NCBI RefSeq assembly: GCF_963921235.1
Contig: NC_086097.1
Location: 3,410,001-3,474,000 of the forward strand
DNA length: 64,000 nt
Direction: 5' to 3'
DNA from: Mobula hypostoma
Lineage: Eukaryota
In this document: one piece after another, positions 35,470 through 46,680 of the stretch
Position numbering within the stretch: position 1 is the first letter of the stretch
Layout of the letters: each line of letters opens with the position of its first letter
Notes under the pieces: model-generated
The model's input: only the letters and a program-made list of their open reading frames with translations
The model's database searches: none
Told to the model about the DNA's origin: nothing
Made by a program: the position numbers and the translations under genes

Positions 35470-37345
35470 ATTACCTAATTAGCAGTCACTAAAAAGGCAA
35501 CTAAAACAAGCATAAGGAGAATAAAAGATGAAATATGAAGGTAAGCTAGCCAATAATATCAAAGAGAATATCAAAAGTTTTTTTTCAAATAGAAAAGGAG
35601 TAAAAGAGGCTTGAGTAAATATCGTACTGCTGACAAATGATGCTGGAGAGGTAGTAATGGGGGAAGAAAAAATGGCAGACAAATTTAATAAGTATTTTGC
35701 ATCAGTCTTCACTGTGGAAAACACTAGCAGTGTGCCAGAATTTTGAGTGTATCAGGGAGCAGAAGTGTGTAAAGTTGCCCTTACTAAGGAAAAGGGGATT
35801 ATGAAATTGAAGGGTCTGAAGGTAGGTAAGTCACTTGGACCAGATGGTGTACACCTCAGGGTTCCAAAAGAGGTGATGAAAGGATCGTGGAGGCATTAGT
35901 AATGCTCTTTCAAGAATCAATGGATTCTGGCATTGTTCCGGAAACCTGGAGAATTGCAAATGTCTGTCACTCCACTCTTCAAGAAGGGAGGGAGGCAGAA
36001 GAAAGGAAATTATAAGCCAGTTAGCCTGACATCAGTGGTTGGGGAGATGTTGGAGTCCATTATTAAGGATGAGGTTTCTGGGTACTTGGAGGCACATGAT
36101 AAAACAGGCCATAGTCAGCATGGGAAAATTTTGCCTGACAAACCTGCTGGAATCCTTTGAAGAAATAACAAGCAGAATAGACAAAGGAGAATTAGTAGAT
36201 GTTGTGTATTTGGATTTTCAGAAGGCCTTTAACATGGTGCCACACATGAGGCTGCTTAACAAGCTATGAGCCTATGGTATTACAGGAAAGATTCTAGCGT
36301 GGATAAAAGATTGATTGGCTGGCAGGAGGTAAAGAATGGGTATAAAGGAGCCTTTTCTGGGTTGGCTGCCAGTGGCTAGTGGTGTTGGAACCACTGCTTT
36401 TCATGTTTTCTGTGAATGATTTAGATGATGGAATTGATGGCTTTGTAGCCAAGTTTGCAGACGATACGAAGATAGTTGGAGGTGAAGGTAGTATTGATAA
36501 AGCAGGGAGTCTGCAGTAGGACTTAGACAGATTTGGAGAATGGGTAAAGAAGTAGCAAATAGAATATTATGTAGCGAAATGTATGGTCATGCACTTTATT
36601 AGAAGGAATAAACATGTAGACTAGTTTCTAAAGGGGGAGAAAATTCAAAAATCCAAGATGCAAAGGATTTAGGAGTCCTTGTGCAGGATTCCCCAAAGGT
36701 TAATTTGCAGGTTGAGTCTGTGGTGAGGAAGGCAATGCGATGTTCGCATTCATTTCAAGAGGACTAGAATATAAAAGCAAGGAAGTAACACTGAAGCTGT
36801 ATAAGGCATTGTTTGACTGCACTTGGATTATTGTCAGCAGTTTTGGGTTCTTTATGTAAGAAAAGTTGTGTTCACATTGGAGAGGGCCCAGAGGAGGTTT
36901 ATGAGAATGAATCTGGGAATGAAACTGTTAACATTCGTGGAGTGTTTGATGGCTCTGGGCCTGTATTCATTGAAGTTTAAAAGAATGGGAGGGGATCTCA
37001 TTGAAACCTACCAAATGTTGAAAGGCTGAGATAGAGTGGATGTAGAGAGGATGCTTCCTATAGTGGTGGAATCTATGACCAGAGGACACAACCTCGGACA
37101 GGAGAGACACACATTTAGAATGGAGATTAGAAGGAGTTTCTTTAGCCAGTTGGTGGTGAATCTGTGGCATTCACTGCCACAGGCTGCTGTGGAGACCAAG
37201 TCATTGAGTAGATTTAAAGTGGAGGTTGGTAGGTTCTTGATTAATCAGGGCATCAAAGATTATGGAGAGAAGGCAGGAGAATGGGGTTTAGAATTATAAT
37301 AAATCAGCCACCATAGAATGGCGAAGCAGGTTCCATGGGCCAAAT
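35470..37345 (+). mobile_element. Decayed CR1 LINE
   Basis: [17 protein letters not shown], gccaagtttgcagacga (AKFADD) and a 3' end, with many frameshifts. Confidence 0.9.
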
Positions 37346-37689
37346 CATAGAGACATCATCTGTGTTATGGTGGTCGTGTTGCTTGAAAACTGCCTGTGCC
37401 GTAATTTTTTATAATGCAAACCAATATCACTTGTGCATACATCAGGAAGTGAGAGCTGAAAGAAAATAAAATGTGTTTATTCATTATTTAAATAAATTCT
37501 GTAAGAGTGAATTTTATTCCATATCTCAAATGTATGAGTTATGATTTGTGGATTTTATACAGATCAATTTCCATAACCCGAATGACCACAGAGTTATTTC
37601 ACTTCACTTGTATTAGAGAAACAGTAATGTTATGTGGAGATACTGAGTTTGACAATATTGTTTAAAATAATCATCAATAAATCATGCCT

Positions 37690-38100
37690 TGATGTCACCT
37701 GTTGCAGCCAGCAGGGATGGAGACACCAGAGCCGGGTGTGTACTGGGTTGGTCCTCCCGTCAGTGCTGCCCTCCAGTGTTGCCTGGGTAACAGACAAGCA
37801 CAGGTGCGAGATGAGGAACTGCTGCGGGCTTGTTCTTGCAGAAATATGGCTCCGGGACAACATCCCATGGACCGTGAATCTACAGGCCATGTTACTCAGG
37901 GACTTGGGCCATATTACTTGTTTTTATATCATTATTATTATTTGTTACTGTATGTTTTTCTTTTGTAATTAGATGTGCTGTGTGTGCCTCATTCTCTGTG
38001 TGATTGTTGGATCTGTGTTTTGCAGCTTGGCCCCGGATCAACACTGTTTAATTTGGCTGTATTCATGTGCATGGTTGAATGACCACTAAACTTGAACTAA
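37690..38100 (+). mobile_element. Short bipartite Rex1-derived non-autonomous element (relative at ~32755-33027)
   Basis: EN-like EMRNCCGLVLAEIWLRDNIP joined directly to a Rex1-type 3' UTR ending aaacttgaact. Confidence 0.55.
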
Positions 38101-38223
38101 AATGTTTATATTTTGCTTTTTTTTTCCCCTCAATTCAGATGATGTTCCTTGTTTCAGCCGCCAATATACAATAATTCACATGGGGACACGTTTTTCAATG
38201 ATACACGGAGAGTTTCACCTTAC

Positions 38224-38353
38224 CGTTTAATTGCTTTGTAGCAGATAATAACAGCCACCACCAGGAAGGCAAGCGTAGCACATCCCACCGCAATTACAAT
38301 CACCATGTCCGTCCACCAGGGCTTCAATGGCGGATAATCTGTTGGCTTTACAA
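38224..38353 (-). CDS. PRIMA1: PRIMA1 internal coding exon (transmembrane exon, equivalent to mammalian exon 4)
   Basis: Minus strand reads ...tctctcttttacag|TTGTAAAG...ATTAAACG|gtaagg: 130 bp, phase 1 to phase 2. It encodes xVKPTDYPPLKPWWTDMVIVIAVGCATLAFLVVAVIICYKAIKR, which aligns without gaps to human PRiMA as recalled (WWSGLVIIIAVCCASLVFLTVLVIICYKAIKR). Confidence 0.95.
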
Positions 38354-38591
38354 CTGTAAAAGAGAGAGAAAGACATAACTTTGACAGTTTGTGCTGAAAT
38401 GACACACTATTTTGTTAGCTGTGCTCCAGTAAGCCTGATGGGAAATGAGTGTCACAACTCTCCCAGCTCAGACTTGAGGGCAATTTGCAAAACCTGGCCA
38501 TGATCTGATCATATTAAGCTCTGCAGAATTCACACCTAACATCATTTTTACCACAAATTGCTTGGCATTGTTGCAAAATAACAGATAATTA

Positions 38592-40590
38592 TAAGACCAT
38601 GAGACCATAAGGTACAGGAGCAGAATTAGGCCATCTAGTCCACCTGCTCCACCATTTCATCATGGCAATACAATGTTCCTCTCAGCCTCAGTCTTCTGCC
38701 TTCTCCCTGTTTCCCTTCATGCCCTGACCAATCAAGAATCTATCACTCTCTTCCTTAAATATACCTAAAGACTTGGCCTGCACAGCTGCCCCTGGTAAAG
38801 AATTCCACAGATTCACCACTCTCTGGTTAATGAAATTCCTCCTCATCTCCATTCTAAAAGGGCGCCCCTCTATTCTGAGGCTGTGTCCTCTGGTCTTAGA
38901 CTCTCCCACCACAGGAAACATCCTCTCCACATCCATTTTAGCAAGATCTTTCACCACTCAATAGGTTTTGATGAGGTCACCCCTCATTCTTCTGAATTCC
39001 AGTGAGTAGAGGCCCAGAGCCATCAAGTGCTCTTCATACAACAAGCTATTCAATCCTGAAAACATTTTCATGAACCTCCTTTGAACCCTCTCCAGTTTCA
39101 GCACATCTTTTTTTAAGATAAGGTGCCCAAAACTGCTCACAATACTCCAAGTGAGGCCTCATCAGTGCTTTATAAAGTTTCAGCATTACATCCTTGTTTT
39201 TATATTTAAGTCCTCTTGAAATGAATGCTAACATTGCATTTGCCTTCCACACCACTGACTTAACTTGCAAATTAACATTTAGGGGATCCTGCACAAGGAC
39301 TCCCGAGTCCCTTTGCACCTCAGTTTCTTTGTAGTTTCTCTCCATTTAGAAGATATTCAGCCCTTTCATTTTCTTCCACCGAAGTGCACGACCATACGCT
39401 TCCCGACATCTGCCACTTCTTTGCCCATTCTCCTAATCTGTCTGTCCTTCAGTAGCCTCTCTACTACCTCAAAATTACCTATCCCTTCCGTTACCTTTGT
39501 ATCGTTTGTAAACTTTGCAACAAAGTCATGAATTCCATCATCCAAATCACTGGTGTATAACATAAAAAGAATCGGTCCTAAGACAGACCTCTGTGGAACG
39601 CCACAAATCACCGGCAGCCAGCTCCTTTTATTCCCAATCTTTGCCTCCTGCCAATCAGCTACTGCTTTGTCCATCTAGAATCTTTCCTGTAATACCAAAG
39701 GCTCGTAGCTTGTTAAGTAGCCTCATGTGTGGCACCTTGTCAAAGACCTTCTGAAAATCCAAGTACACAACGCCTCCTTTGTTTATCCTGCTTGTTATTT
39801 CTTCAAAGAATTACAACAGATTTGTCAAGCAAGATTTTCCCTTGATGAAATCATTGGCTTTGGCTTATCTTATCATGTGCCCCCAAGTACCCTGAGACCT
39901 TAATAATCAACTGTAACATCTTCCCAACCACTGAGGTCGGCCTAACAGGACTATAGTTTCCTGCCTCTCTCCCTTCTTGAAAAGTGGAGTGATGTTTGCA
40001 ATTTTCCAGTTTCCCAGAACCATTCCAGAATCTAGTGATTCTTGAAAGATAATTACTCATGCCTCCATAATCTCTTCAGCCACCTCTTTCAGAATCCTGG
40101 GGTGTACACCATCTTGTTCAGGTGACTTATCCACATTCAGACCTTTCAGTTTCCCAAGAAGCTTCTCTCTAGTTATGGTAGCTTCACACACTTCATGACC
40201 CCGATACCTGGAACTTCCACCATACAGTCAGTGTCTTCCACCATGAAGACTGAAGCAAAATACTTATTCAGTTCGTCTGTCATTTTGTTGTCCCCCATTA
40301 CTACCTCTCCAACATCGTTTTCCAGCAGTTCAATATCCACTCTCTTCTTTCTTTTACATTTTATATATCTGAAGAAACTTTTGGTATGTTCTTTGATATT
40401 ATTGGCTAGCTTACTTTTTATTCCTTCTTTACCTTCTTAACGACTTTTTTGCTGCCTTCTGTTCATTTTTAAAAGCTTCCCAATCCTCTTATTTCCCATT
40501 AATTTTTGCTTTATTATATGCCCTCGCTTTGGCTTTTATGGTGGCTTTGACTTCTCTTGTTAGCCACGGTTGTGTCATCTTCCCTTTAGA
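38592..40590 (-). mobile_element. Decayed CR1 LINE
   Basis: Minus ORFs contain RPHLEYCEQFW, GVPQRSVLGP and KTRGHSL. Confidence 0.9.
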
Positions 40591-40715
40591 AAACTGAATT
40601 ATGAAAGGAATTTTTTATCAAGACTATTTTATGTAATGTTGATTGAAAATATATTTAATAATGTTATGCAAAAATTAATCTGTTTGAATGCATCATTTAG
40701 TGCATTTTTGATATA

Positions 40716-41735
40716 GTTCAAAGTAAATTTATTACCTAAATACATATATGTTGGCATTTTCAACCCTCAGACTCATTTTCATGTGTGAACACTCAATAAG
40801 TCTATAGAATAATAACCATAACAGAATCAGTAACAACAAACTGTGCAGGTATCAAAAGAAGGAAATAATAATAAATAAATAAACAAATAAGCAATGAATA
40901 TCGAGAACAAGAGATGAAGAATCCTTGAAAGTAAGTCCATTGCTTGTGGGAACATTTCAATGATGGGGCAAGTGAAGTTATCCCTTTTGGTTCAAGAGCC
41001 TGATGGTTGAGAGGTAATAACTGTTCCTGAACATGGTGGTGAGAGTCCTGAGTCTCCTGTATCTTCTTCCCGATGACAGCAGTGAGAAGAGAGCATGGCC
41101 TGGTTAGTGTGAGTCCTTGATGATGGATGCTGCTTTCTTCCGACAATTCCTCCATAGAGTTGTGCTCAATGGTTAGCAGGGCTTTATCTGTAACGGTCTT
41201 GGCTGTATCTACTACTTTTTGTAGGATTTTCCATTCCAGGCCACTGGTGTTTCCACATTAGGCTGTGACGCAGCTGATCAGTCTGCACATCTATAGAAGT
41301 TTGTCAAAGTTTTAGATGACATGCTGAATCTTCGCAAATTCCTAAGGAAGTAGAGGTGTTGCCTTGCATTCTTCATAATTACACTTGCATGCTGGGTCCA
41401 GAACAGGTTCTCCAAAAAAATAACACCAGGAATTTAAAATTGCTGACCCTCTCTGCCTCTGATCACCCGATAAGAACTGGCTCATGAAACACTGGTTTCC
41501 TTTTCCTGAAATCAAAAATCACTCTTTGGACGTGCTGACATTGAGATGTTGCGGCACCAATCAGCCAGATTTTCAGTCTCCATCCTGTATGCTGATTCTT
41601 CACCACCTTCGAGTCAGTCTATGACGGTGGTATCATCAACAAATTTGAATATGGTTTTGGAGCTGTGCTTAGCCACATTGTAATAGGTGTAAATCAAGTC
41701 GAGCAGGGGACTAAGCACACAGCCTTGTGGTGCCA
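40716..41735 (-). mobile_element. Decayed Rex1/Babar 3' portion
   Basis: [11 protein letters not shown] and FKFVDDTT (ORF 41614-41805), with the reversed tail gttcaaagtaaatttatt. Confidence 0.82.
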
Positions 41736-41808
41736 CTGATAATATTGCTAACCTGTTTAATAAATATATTAAAACTGACAGTAGCAAATTGAATTCCTTT
41801 AACATTTA

Positions 41809-42025
41809 TCAAAGTTGCTGGTGAACGCAGCAGGCCAAGCAGCATCTATAGGAAGAGGTGCAGTCGACGTTTCAGGCCGAGACCCTTCGTCAGGACTAAC
41901 GAAGGGTCTCGGCCTGAAACGTCGACTGCACCTCTTCCTACAGATGCTGCTTGGCCTGCTGCGTTCACCAGCAACTTTGATGTATGTTGCTTGAATTTCC
42001 AGCATCTGCAGAATTCCTGTTGTTT
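41809..42025. mobile_element. Young fold-back Penelope-derived element
   Basis: 82-bp inverted arms (41809-41890 / 41899-41980) with one mismatch and an 8-nt spacer. The right part closely matches 15351-15477. A flanking direct repeat cctttaacattta lies at 41796-41808 and 42026-42038. Confidence 0.92.
41861..41898 (-). ncRNA. Minimal type I hammerhead ribozyme motif, sense to PRIMA1 pre-mRNA
   Basis: Minus strand reads tagtc-CTGACGA-agg(gtctcgg)cct-GAAA-c-GTC-gactg. Confidence 0.8.
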
Positions 42026-43297
42026 CCTTTAACATTTAAATAGGAAGAACATGATTGAGAAAGCTTGCTGTCAGAAATATTTAGAATACCGAAAGAGTCT
42101 GACTACCGATCATGTCAGTGAGACAAGGCCTACAGTTATTTTTAAGTATTTTGTAGGGTGTTTTTGTTGTGTCTGTACAACTACATATCCATTAAATAAA
42201 AGCATGCACGTGGAGGTGATGTCAACTGGTGTATTGTCATTGTAGGGGAAGGACAACAAATCAATGGGCATGGGGAAGTTATCAGTCCATAATCTGTGCT
42301 AACAGGAGTCATTACGCTAAAAGAAATAGATCCATACATTACACCTCCTCCCTCTTTAGCAACACAAAACTGTATATGTAACAAAACAATTAACTTCCCT
42401 CTAACAAATCATACTCAAATAAACATACCTTCACGATAACAGTCCATAAATAACTTCACTATACTAACGATTCAGGCTTCTGGGTGGCGGTCTGCGTCTT
42501 TCAGGGTAGCGCCTTTGGACCTGTGGAGTGGCATTAGTTTTGGCAGGTGTCTTGTCAAAGGCAACTTTGTCTGTTGCAGGTGTCCCATCGCTGTTGGTGA
42601 CAGGATTATCACTGAGAGGTAAGTCCGGTGACTGTAAAGTGTCCATCTTGTTGGACACAGACAAACAGGTGTGTTCTTTGGTTGAGCATCCAGTATCTGG
42701 TCCACATGATGTCACCATATCTGATCTCAACGTCCACTGTGTACATCAGTGGTCCAGTTCTTGAAGTTATCCTGCCGGGTGTCCACTTGTCTTCTGGGCT
42801 ATCAAGTGCTAGAACTCCCTGTCCAATCTCGAAGCTCCTTGCTGATCTACTTGGCAACTGGCTGAACTGTTTACTCTGCACTTCCCTCTGGAGGTCTGGT
42901 TTCAGGAGATCTATGTGAGATCTCAGATTCCTGCTCATGACAGCATTGCAGATTTTGATTTGTGAACTGTATTCTGACAAACGGAAAGGAAGTTGTCCAT
43001 TTCTTGCTGTGGAGAAGCGTCCTCCTTGACAATCACTTTAATGGACTCCCTGAATGTTTGGACAAACCTTTCAGCTAACCCATTTGTTGGTGGGTGGTGG
43101 GGAACTGACTTGAAATATCTGATGCTATTTTTCCTTCATGAATAGTCTGAACTTCTCTTACGTGTATTGTGGTCTGTTGTCACTCACAATTTGTTCAGGT
43201 AAGCTATTTCTGGAGAGGACAGTCTTCAGAGCAGAAACAGTCTTTTCTGAGTTGGTTGACTTCACTGGTATGACCTCCAGCAACTCTGAATGAGCAC

Positions 43298-44869
43298 TTT
43301 GAAACCACTGGATACTGTGAAGTCTATGGGCCCAGACAAAATCCTGCAATAATCCTGAAGATTTGTACTCCAGAACTTGTTGTGTCACTAGCCAAGCTGT
43401 TCCAGTACAGTTACAACACTGGCATCTACCCAGCAATGTGGAAAATTGCCCAGGTATGTCCTATACACAAGAAACAGGACAAGTCCAACCCAGCCAATTA
43501 CCGCCCTATCAGCCTACTCTGAATCATCAGCAAAGTGATGGGAGGGGTCACCAACGGTGCTGTCGTGCTGCACCTACTCGGCAATAACCTGCTTACGGAT
43601 GCCCAGTTTGGGTTCCGTCAAGGCCTCTCAGCTCCTGACCTCATCACCTCCTTGGTCCAAACATGGACCAAAGAGTTAAATACCAGTGGTGAGGTGAGAG
43701 TGATAGCCCTCAACATCAAGGCAGCATTTGACTGAGTATAGCATCAAGGTGCCCTAGCTAAAATAAAGTCAATGGGAATTAGGGGGAAAACCTACTGCTG
43801 GTTGGAATCATACCTGACACAAAGGAAGATAGTTGTGGTGGTTGGAGTCAATCATCTCTTCCTCAGGACATCACTGCAGGAGTTCCTCAGGGAAGTGTTC
43901 TGGGCCAACCATCCTCAGCTGCTTCAAAAATGACCTTCCTTCCGTCATAAGGTCGGAGTGGGGATGTTCGCAGATGACTGCACAATGTTCTGCATCATTT
44001 GTGGCTCCTCAGATAGCGAAGTAGTTCATAGCCAAATGAAGAAGGGCCTGGACAATGTCCAGTGTTGGGCTGACAAGTAACACTCAAGCCACACTAGTGC
44101 CAGGCAATGACCATCTCCAACAAGAGAGGCTCTAACCATCGACCCTTGACATTCAGTGACATCAGCATCACTGAATCCCCCACCATCAACAGCCTTGAAG
44201 TTACCATTGACAGGAAACTGAACTGGTCTAGCCATATAAACACCATGTCTACCAGAGCAGGTCAAAGGCTAGGAATCCTGTGGCGTGTAACTCACCTCCA
44301 CACTCCCCAAAGCCTGTTCACCATCTCCGAGGCTCAAGTCAGGAGTGTAATGGAATATTCGCCACTTGCCTGGAAGAGTGCAGCTTCACCAACACTCAAG
44401 CAGCTTGACACCATCCAGAACAAGGCAGCCCACTTGATTGCTACCCCTTCCACAAGCATCCAATCCCTTCACCATCGATAAAACAGTTGCAGCAGTGTGT
44501 ACTATCTACAAGATGCACTGCAACAACACACCAAAGTTCTTAAGGGAGCACCTTCTAGACCCACGACCACAACCATCTAAAAGGATGAGGACAGCAGATA
44601 CCTGAGAACACCATCACTTGGAAATCCCCCTCCAAGTCACTCACCATCCTGACTTGGAAACATATTGCTGGTTCCTTCTTTGTCGCTGAGTTAAAATCAT
44701 GGAATCCCCTCCCTAACAGCACTGTGGGTGTACGTACACCTCAAGGACTGCAGCGGTTCAAGAAGGCAGCTCATCACCACCTTCTCAAGGGCAACTAGGG
44801 ACGGGCAATAAATACTGGCTTAACTGGCGATGCCCACATCCCGTAAATGAATATATATAAAACAAAATT
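43298..44869 (+). mobile_element. Non-LTR retrotransposon (CR1/L2 group, distinct family) inserted in the Gypsy integrase
   Basis: DAQFGFRQG, NIKAAFD and QVRSVMEYSPLAW motifs, with a 3' end ggcaataaatactggc..cgatgcccacatccc. The Gypsy frame FLITV|AHS-LLEVIP rejoins across it. Confidence 0.82.
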
Positions 44870-45665
44870 AACAGTAATCAGAAACATGGAGACCATGAAT
44901 GGCTCAGCAAAGTCAATATGTACTCTTTGCCATGGTGATGATGGCCACTCCCACAGGTGTAATGGTGCCTGTGAGGGTGCATTTTGATCTTTTTGACATC
45001 CCAAATAGACTTTGGTCAAATTTTCAATCTGTCGATCTATTCCTGGCCACTACATGTGGCTTCAGGTGAGACTCTTCAACCTGACTGTACCCAGGTGTCA
45101 TTCATGCAGATTTTCTACGTCTGGTGTTGTTTAGTGGGAACCACAGCACAGGATCCACACATTAGGGATCTTTGACATATAGTCAGTTGGTCTCGTCTCA
45201 CTGAGTACTCTGAAAACATAGGGTTACCCTGAGCTGGCCATCCTTGCATGGTGAGATCACAGACTTTTCACAATGTTGGTCACTCCTTGATTCCTTTAGT
45301 ATTTCAGAATTTGTTACCAGCAATGCTGTGTGGAACGCTTCTGCTGGATCACAGTGTGAAGAATTTTCTTCTTCAGTTGCCATCAGTGGAAGACGTGACA
45401 CCATCAGTGTTGCTGTGTTGTTGTGTGCCCATGAATTCTATGTCATTAGAATGCACTCCCAGGAAATGTGCCCAGTATTGGAACTGGGTCACAGACATCA
45501 CTGGGATTCACTTAAAAATTGACACAAGGGGCTGGTGGATTGTCACTAGAATAAACTTTTGTCCATTGAGGTAGTGGTGGAACTTCTTTATTTCCCATAC
45601 TAGAGGAAGGGTCTCTTGGTTAATCTGTGTGTACTTGCATTCTGCGCTTGTCAGTGACCTTGAAG

Positions 45666-46223
45666 AAAATTTTGGAGTATTGTCAATAGTTTTGGCCCCA
45701 TATCACAGAAAGGATGTGTTGGCATTGGAGAGAGTCCAGAGGCGGTTCACGAGAATGATTCCGGGAATGAAGGGGTTAACATATGAGCAGAGTTTTGCAG
45801 CTTTGGGCCTGTACTCACTGATATTTAGAAGAATGCAAGGGTATCTCATTGAAACCTACCGGATGTTGAAAGGACTAGATAGGGTGGATGTGGAGAAGAT
45901 GTTTCCTATGGTGGGGGTGTCCAGAACTAGAGGGCACAGCCTCAAAACTGAGGGCATGACCCTTTAGAACACAGCAAGGAGGAACTCTTTTAGCCAGAAT
46001 GTGGTGAATCCATGGAACGCTCTGCCACAGACTGTGGTGGAGGTCAAGTCCGTGGGTATATTTAAGGCAGAAGTCGATAGTTTCCTGATCGGTCAGGGCA
46101 TCAAAGGATATGTTGAGAAGATAGCTGTGTGGGTTGAGTAGGATCCAGGACCAGCCATGATGAAGTGGCAGAGCAGACTTGATGGGCTGAATGGCCTCAT
46201 TCTGCTCCTATGTCTTATGGTCT
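45666..46223 (+). mobile_element. CR1 3' fragment inserted in the Gypsy RNase H
   Basis: ALERVQRRFTRMIPG and SRTRGHSL motifs with a tcttatggtct tail. Confidence 0.88.
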
Positions 46224-46424
46224 AAACACAAACAGACGTTCAGACCCATCTTTCATTGTGTGTGACAAAATGGCACCAATGCCATAAGGGGACACATCGC
46301 ACGCCAGTTTGATGGGCAGTGATGGGTCATAATGGGTGAGCAGTTCATCCGATGTTATTAGTCTCTCTGTTTCCTTTAATGGTCTTTCACATCTTTCTGA
46401 CCACTTCCACTTTCCTCCCGTCTG

Positions 46425-46680
46425 TAACAGAAACGGTACCACAGCATAAAAACCAGGACCAAGAGGCTCCGGGACAGCTTCTTCCACCAGACCATCTGAC
46501 TGATTAATTCACGCTAATACAATTGTATTTCTATGCTATATTGACTGTCCTGTTATACAGACTATTTATTACAAATTACTACAAATTGCACGTTCAGTCT
46601 CTGTGCATACATGAGAAGATTTTTACTTCTCATGTATGTGAAGGATTTAAGAAATAAAGTCAATTCAATTGAATTCAATA
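46425..46680 (+). mobile_element. Rex1/Babar 3' tail inserted in the Gypsy
   Basis: Homologous to 30240-30370 and 30700-30825, with an aataaagtcaattcaatt tail. Confidence 0.8.

Noticed and set aside
38220..38405. ORF-track start MSFQHKLSK... for the PRIMA1 exon
   Set aside because: The N-terminal part is intronic (polypyrimidine tract and AG at 38354-38355), and the apparent stop is the GT donor region.
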